Assembly (NCBI GenBank): GCA_964421355.1
Contig: CAYQWX010000002.1
Coordinates: 10,241 to 74,240 of the forward strand
Direction of reading: 5' to 3'
Length of the DNA: 64,000 nucleotides
Source: an uncultured Bacteroidales bacterium
GTDB taxonomy: Bacteria; Bacteroidota; Bacteroidia; Bacteroidales; JALTDM01
The position numbers and the translations under genes are program-made. This document shows positions 60,296 through 64,000 of this stretch, piece by piece (the first letter of the stretch is position 1; each line of letters starts with the position of its first letter). Under the pieces are notes generated by a model. It had not been told where the DNA came from. It saw only the letters and a list, made by a program, of their open reading frames with translations, and did not search any database.

Positions 60296-61030
60296 ATGGG
60301 AATTGTGAATGAATATAAAGATTTTGAAGATTTTTTGGATGATTTAGGCAATAACTATGAAACAATAGAACAAAGTATTTCTATAGAGGTGCAAATAGAA
60401 TATTTTAATACTGCAGCTAAACTTTCCGAAGAAAATACTGCAGGAGTACAAGTTTCTATAAAAGATATGACAACAAAACTCAATTCAAAAGAAACAAGTA
60501 TAGAGGAAAAAAAGAAAATAATAATAATGCTTGCCTCATCAGACAATATTGAGGCATACAAAGCCTTGAAAAAATACAAAGAGAATCCTGATGAGGAATT
60601 GAGACAATGGGTAGCATTGGGCTTTCAGCACAGTAAAATAACAATGGAAAATAGTCTACTTAATACAAATAAAATATTGATATCCAGTGGACTTGGAATA
60701 AAAGATAATTTAATGCGATTTTTTTTGGTCTTTTTCAAAAATGAAAAAATTGAATTTACAAAAGCTCAAAAATTGGCAACTAAAGTAGAACTGGAAAGCA
60801 TTATTAAGCGGGAAGGTGGAGAAGTGGAAAAAATAGATTTTAAAGATTTTTATGCCAAAGCATTATTTTTATTCCCTATAAAAAAGAATGTTGCTAATAC
60901 TATACAAGAAGTTGTAAGCACAGTAAACCAATATGGTAATTTCTTGTTAAACCGATACATACTCACAAATGTAAAAGAAATGGATGACGATATGATAAGT
61001 TTTTTATACAATAAGTTTAAAGAAAAATAA
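60296..61030 (+). CDS. Hypothetical cytoplasmic protein, no recognisable domain
   Basis: 244-aa ORF with coding-like composition. It sits between dcp and pepC and ends 13 nt before the pepC start. Confidence 0.5.
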   Translation: MGIVNEYKDFEDFLDDLGNNYETIEQSISIEVQIEYFNTAAKLSEENTAGVQVSIKDMTTKLNSKETSIEEKKKIIIMLASSDNIEAYKALKKYKENPDEELRQWVALGFQHSKITMENSLLNTNKILISSGLGIKDNLMRFFLVFFKNEKIEFTKAQKLATKVELESIIKREGGEVEKIDFKDFYAKALFLFPIKKNVANTIQEVVSTVNQYGNFLLNRYILTNVKEMDDDMISFLYNKFKEK

Positions 61031-61043
61031 AAACAATGAGATT

Positions 61044-62441
61044 ATGAAAAGAAATTTATTATTAGTAAGTGTAATTTTATTATTTGCTGTTAGTGCTTTT
61101 GCCCAGGATATAAAAAAAGGAGCAATCACTAAAGAAATGTTACAAGAGTTTAGAAGCAGTTATAAAGAAAATGCTTATCACAAAGCAGTAGAGCATGCAG
61201 TATGGCACAATCCTCTTGCAAAATTGGCATACACAGGCAAAAATGATAATATAGATGACTATTTTAAATACAGGGTAAAAACAAAAGGTATTACCAATCA
61301 AAAACAATCGGGAAGATGTTGGATGTTTGCAAGTCTTAATACTATACGACCGATTATCATAAATAAACTTAATTTATCCTCTTTTGAATTTTCAACCAAT
61401 TATTTGTATTTCTATGACCAATTGGAAAAGTCTAATTTGTTTTTGGAAGGAATAATACAGACAGGTAACGCACCTTATACGGATAGAACAGTAGAATGGC
61501 TTTTTAATAATCCCATTGGAGATGGTGGAGTATGGAATCTGTTTGTAGATTTGGTGAAAAAATACGGAGTAGTGCCAAAAGAAGTAATGCCAGAAAACTA
61601 TAATAGTGAGAATACCAGGCAATTAAATAAAATGTTGAAATATAAATTGAGGGAATACGGTTATCAGCTTAAAGAAGCGGCTCTCAAAGGGACATCATAT
61701 AATGATTTAGAAAAACAAAAAAAGGAAATGCTTAAAGATATTTACAAAATACTTGTGATTGGGCTTGGAGAACCACCTACAGAATTTACTTGGAGATATA
61801 AAGATGCAGACGGAAATGTAAGTGAATGGAAAAAATATACTCCTAAATCATTTTATGACACATATATTGGGAAAAACTTAGATGATTATGTTCTTATAAT
61901 GGATGATCCCAGTCGTGATTATTACAAACTCTATGAGATAGAATATGACCGAGATTTGTATGAAGGACGTAACTGGTGGTTTATTAATTTGCCAACAAAT
62001 AAATTTAAGAAAGCAGCATTAGAAGCTATCAAAAACAATGAGGCTCTTTATTTTTCTTGTGATGTAGGCAAAGAATTGGATAGAGACAAAGGAATATTAG
62101 CAATGGGAAATTATGATTACGGGAGCTTATTTGACACTAAAATGGCCATGGATAAAAAGGCAAGGGTCTTGACACATCAAAGCGGTTCTACTCATGGTAT
62201 GGCACTTGTGGGGGTAGATGTGGATAATAAAGGGAATATCACCAAATGGCTATTGGAAAATAGTTGGGGAAGTAATCATGGTCATAACGGCTACCTTATA
62301 ATGACTGATGAGTGGTTTGATAATTATATGTTTAGGATAGTTATTTCTAAAAAGTATTTGAGTGATGATATTATCAAAATGTTAGATCAAAAGAAAACTA
62401 AGTTGCCACCTTGGGATCCAATGTTTGAATATGATAAATAA
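61044..62441 (+). CDS. pepC: C1-family cysteine aminopeptidase (aminopeptidase C / bleomycin hydrolase-like) with signal peptide
   Basis: Active-site QKQSGRCWMFA and later HGMALVG and NSWG blocks. The N-terminus MKRNLLLVSVILLFAVSAFAQ looks like a cleavable signal. Confidence 0.85.
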   Translation: MKRNLLLVSVILLFAVSAFAQDIKKGAITKEMLQEFRSSYKENAYHKAVEHAVWHNPLAKLAYTGKNDNIDDYFKYRVKTKGITNQKQSGRCWMFASLNTIRPIIINKLNLSSFEFSTNYLYFYDQLEKSNLFLEGIIQTGNAPYTDRTVEWLFNNPIGDGGVWNLFVDLVKKYGVVPKEVMPENYNSENTRQLNKMLKYKLREYGYQLKEAALKGTSYNDLEKQKKEMLKDIYKILVIGLGEPPTEFTWRYKDADGNVSEWKKYTPKSFYDTYIGKNLDDYVLIMDDPSRDYYKLYEIEYDRDLYEGRNWWFINLPTNKFKKAALEAIKNNEALYFSCDVGKELDRDKGILAMGNYDYGSLFDTKMAMDKKARVLTHQSGSTHGMALVGVDVDNKGNITKWLLENSWGSNHGHNGYLIMTDEWFDNYMFRIVISKKYLSDDIIKMLDQKKTKLPPWDPMFEYDK

Positions 62442-62467
62442 ATAAGTTTTTTTGCATATATAAATAA

Positions 62468-62495
62468 AAAAGGGTGCTTGATATGGCACCCTTTT
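62468..62495. terminator. Bidirectional rho-independent terminator (pepC + / icd -)
   Basis: aaaagggtgc / gcaccctttt 10-bp stem with an A-run and T-run on either side. Confidence 0.8.
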
Positions 62496-62515
62496 TTATA
62501 AAGACTTTACTTTAT

Positions 62516-64000
62516 TTATGAATTAACTGCAACATTTGATAACTTACTAATTATTGAATTATAAGTATTACTTGGTCTCATTGCTTTGTTTGCTTTTTCT
62601 TCGTCAGGTAAATAATAGCCTCCTATGTCTTGAGGGTAGCCTTGAGATTGTAGCAACTCATTATTTATTTTTTCTTCATTGTTTTTAAGTTCTTCTGCTA
62701 TATGCGCAAATGCTTTTTTGAGTTCTTCATCCTTATTTTGTGAGGCAAGTTCTTCTGCCCAATATAATGACAAATAAAAGTGTTCGTTTCTGTTGTCTGG
62801 TTCATTTACCTTGCGTGAAGGTAATCTGCTGTTGTTAAGTAGTTTTTCAACGGCTTTGTCTAATGCTTCTGATAATATAGAGGCTTTTTGATTATTATAT
62901 TTTTTACCTATATCTTCTAATGTAACGGTAAGTGCCAAATATTCTCCTAAAGAGTCCCAACGAAGATGGCCTTCTTCCAAGAATTGTTGTACGTGCTTTG
63001 GTGCTGAGCCTCCTGCACCTGTTTCATATAATCCACCACCTGCTAAAAGTGGAACTATAGAAAGCATTCTTGCACTTGTACCTATTTCCAATATTGGGAA
63101 TAAATCGGTTAGATAATCACGAAGCACATTTCCAGTAACGGATATTGTGTCTTTTCCTGCTTTTACTCTGTCTAAAGTATATCTCATAGCCTTTTGCGGA
63201 GACATGATGTGGATTTCTAAACCGGTAGTGTCATAATCTTGGAGATATTTTTTTACTTTTTCTATTATTACAGTGTCATGTGCACGATTTTCATCTAACC
63301 AAAATACAGCAGGATTACCTGTTTCTTTTGCTCTCCTTACGGCTAATTTTACCCAGTCTTTTATAGCAATGTCTTTTGCTTGACAACCACGGTATATGTC
63401 ACCTTTTTCTACTTTGTGCGACATTAAGGTTTCTCCTGTGTTGTTGTCTATTACTTTTACAGTACCATTTTCAGGTATCTTGAATGTTTTGTCATGTGAA
63501 CCGTATTCTTCGGCTTTCATTGCCATTAGTCCTACATTGGCTACGTTTCCCATGGTAGCAGGGTTAAATGCTCCGTGTTCTTTACAGTATTCTACAGCTT
63601 CTTTATACATTGTAGCATAAGACCTGTCGGGGATGTTTGCTTTTACTTGGTGTAATTTACCATCAGGTCCCCACATTTTACCTCCTTCTCTTATTAGAGG
63701 TGGCATAGAAGCATCAATTATTACTAGATTAGGGGCATGTAGGTTTGTTATTCCTTTGTCGGAGTCCACCATTGCCAAATCGGGATTTTTTTCATATACC
63801 GATTGTATATCTTTTTCTATTGCGGTGCGTTCTTGTTCAGGTAATGATTGTATTTTTTGATATAAATCAACTAACCCAAGATCCGGATTTACACCTATTT
63901 TATTAAAAGTATCTGCATATTTTTCAAATACTTCTTTGAAGTAAACGGATACAAAATGTCCGAAGATAACAGGGTCGGATACTTTCATCATTGTAGCTTT
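62516..64000 (-). CDS. icd: Monomeric-type NADP-dependent isocitrate dehydrogenase, C-terminal ~495 codons (5' end outside window)
   Basis: [12 protein letters not shown]..., [17 protein letters not shown] and GGYYLPD blocks are typical of the ~740-aa monomeric IDH. The frame stays open to position 64000 (KAT precedes MMKV). Confidence 0.88.
   Translation of the reverse strand, partial: KATMMKVSDPVIFGHFVSVYFKEVFEKYADTFNKIGVNPDLGLVDLYQKIQSLPEQERTAIEKDIQSVYEKNPDLAMVDSDKGITNLHAPNLVIIDASMPPLIREGGKMWGPDGKLHQVKANIPDRSYATMYKEAVEYCKEHGAFNPATMGNVANVGLMAMKAEEYGSHDKTFKIPENGTVKVIDNNTGETLMSHKVEKGDIYRGCQAKDIAIKDWVKLAVRRAKETGNPAVFWLDENRAHDTVIIEKVKKYLQDYDTTGLEIHIMSPQKAMRYTLDRVKAGKDTISVTGNVLRDYLTDLFPILEIGTSARMLSIVPLLAGGGLYETGAGGSAPKHVQQFLEEGHLRWDSLGEYLALTVTLEDIGKKYNNQKASILSEALDKAVEKLLNNSRLPSRKVNEPDNRNEHFYLSLYWAEELASQNKDEELKKAFAHIAEELKNNEEKINNELLQSQGYPQDIGGYYLPDEEKANKAMRPSNTYNSIISKLSNVAVNS

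Overview
AT-rich chromosomal segment (about 30% G+C by eye, not computed). I assign it to an anaerobic member of the Bacteroidota. The grounds are a T9SS translocon gene (sprA), a T9SS C-terminal-sorting-domain cargo, a TonB-receptor/DUF4249 pair, TamB, and TAnnTTTG -7 promoter boxes lying 16-32 nt upstream of many start codons. I can support about 49 protein genes, 3 tRNAs (Arg-UCU, Leu-UAA, Gly-GCC), one decayed IS4-family element with recognisable inverted repeats, about 10 stem-loop terminators and about 12 promoter boxes.

The content is mostly housekeeping:
- histidine utilisation: hutU, hutH
- potassium uptake: trkAH
- biosynthesis, repair and chaperone genes: dapB, ligA, ruvA, htpG, rpmE2
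- redox and fermentation: a three-gene [FeFe]-hydrogenase operon (hydCBA) and iorAB
- two unrelated isocitrate-dehydrogenase-type genes
- peptidases: Dcp and PepC

I saw no CRISPR array, no rRNA, no prophage and no recognisable defence island.

The items most worth a second look are:
1. An in-frame head-to-tail fusion of two diverged, apparently intact phosphoglycerate kinases in one 2.4-kb ORF.
2. A tightly packed five-gene operon at the left edge: PLP decarboxylase, urea-transporter/M23-peptidase fusion, secreted TPR/beta-barrel-like protein, periplasmic TPR protein and HupE/UreJ-like membrane protein. I cannot name its function.
3. A hydrogenase operon whose HydA carries a non-canonical L1 motif (TSCSPGW) and whose NuoF-like subunit is stripped down to the core domain.

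All calls come from reading the translated ORFs and the DNA by eye. No database search was run.
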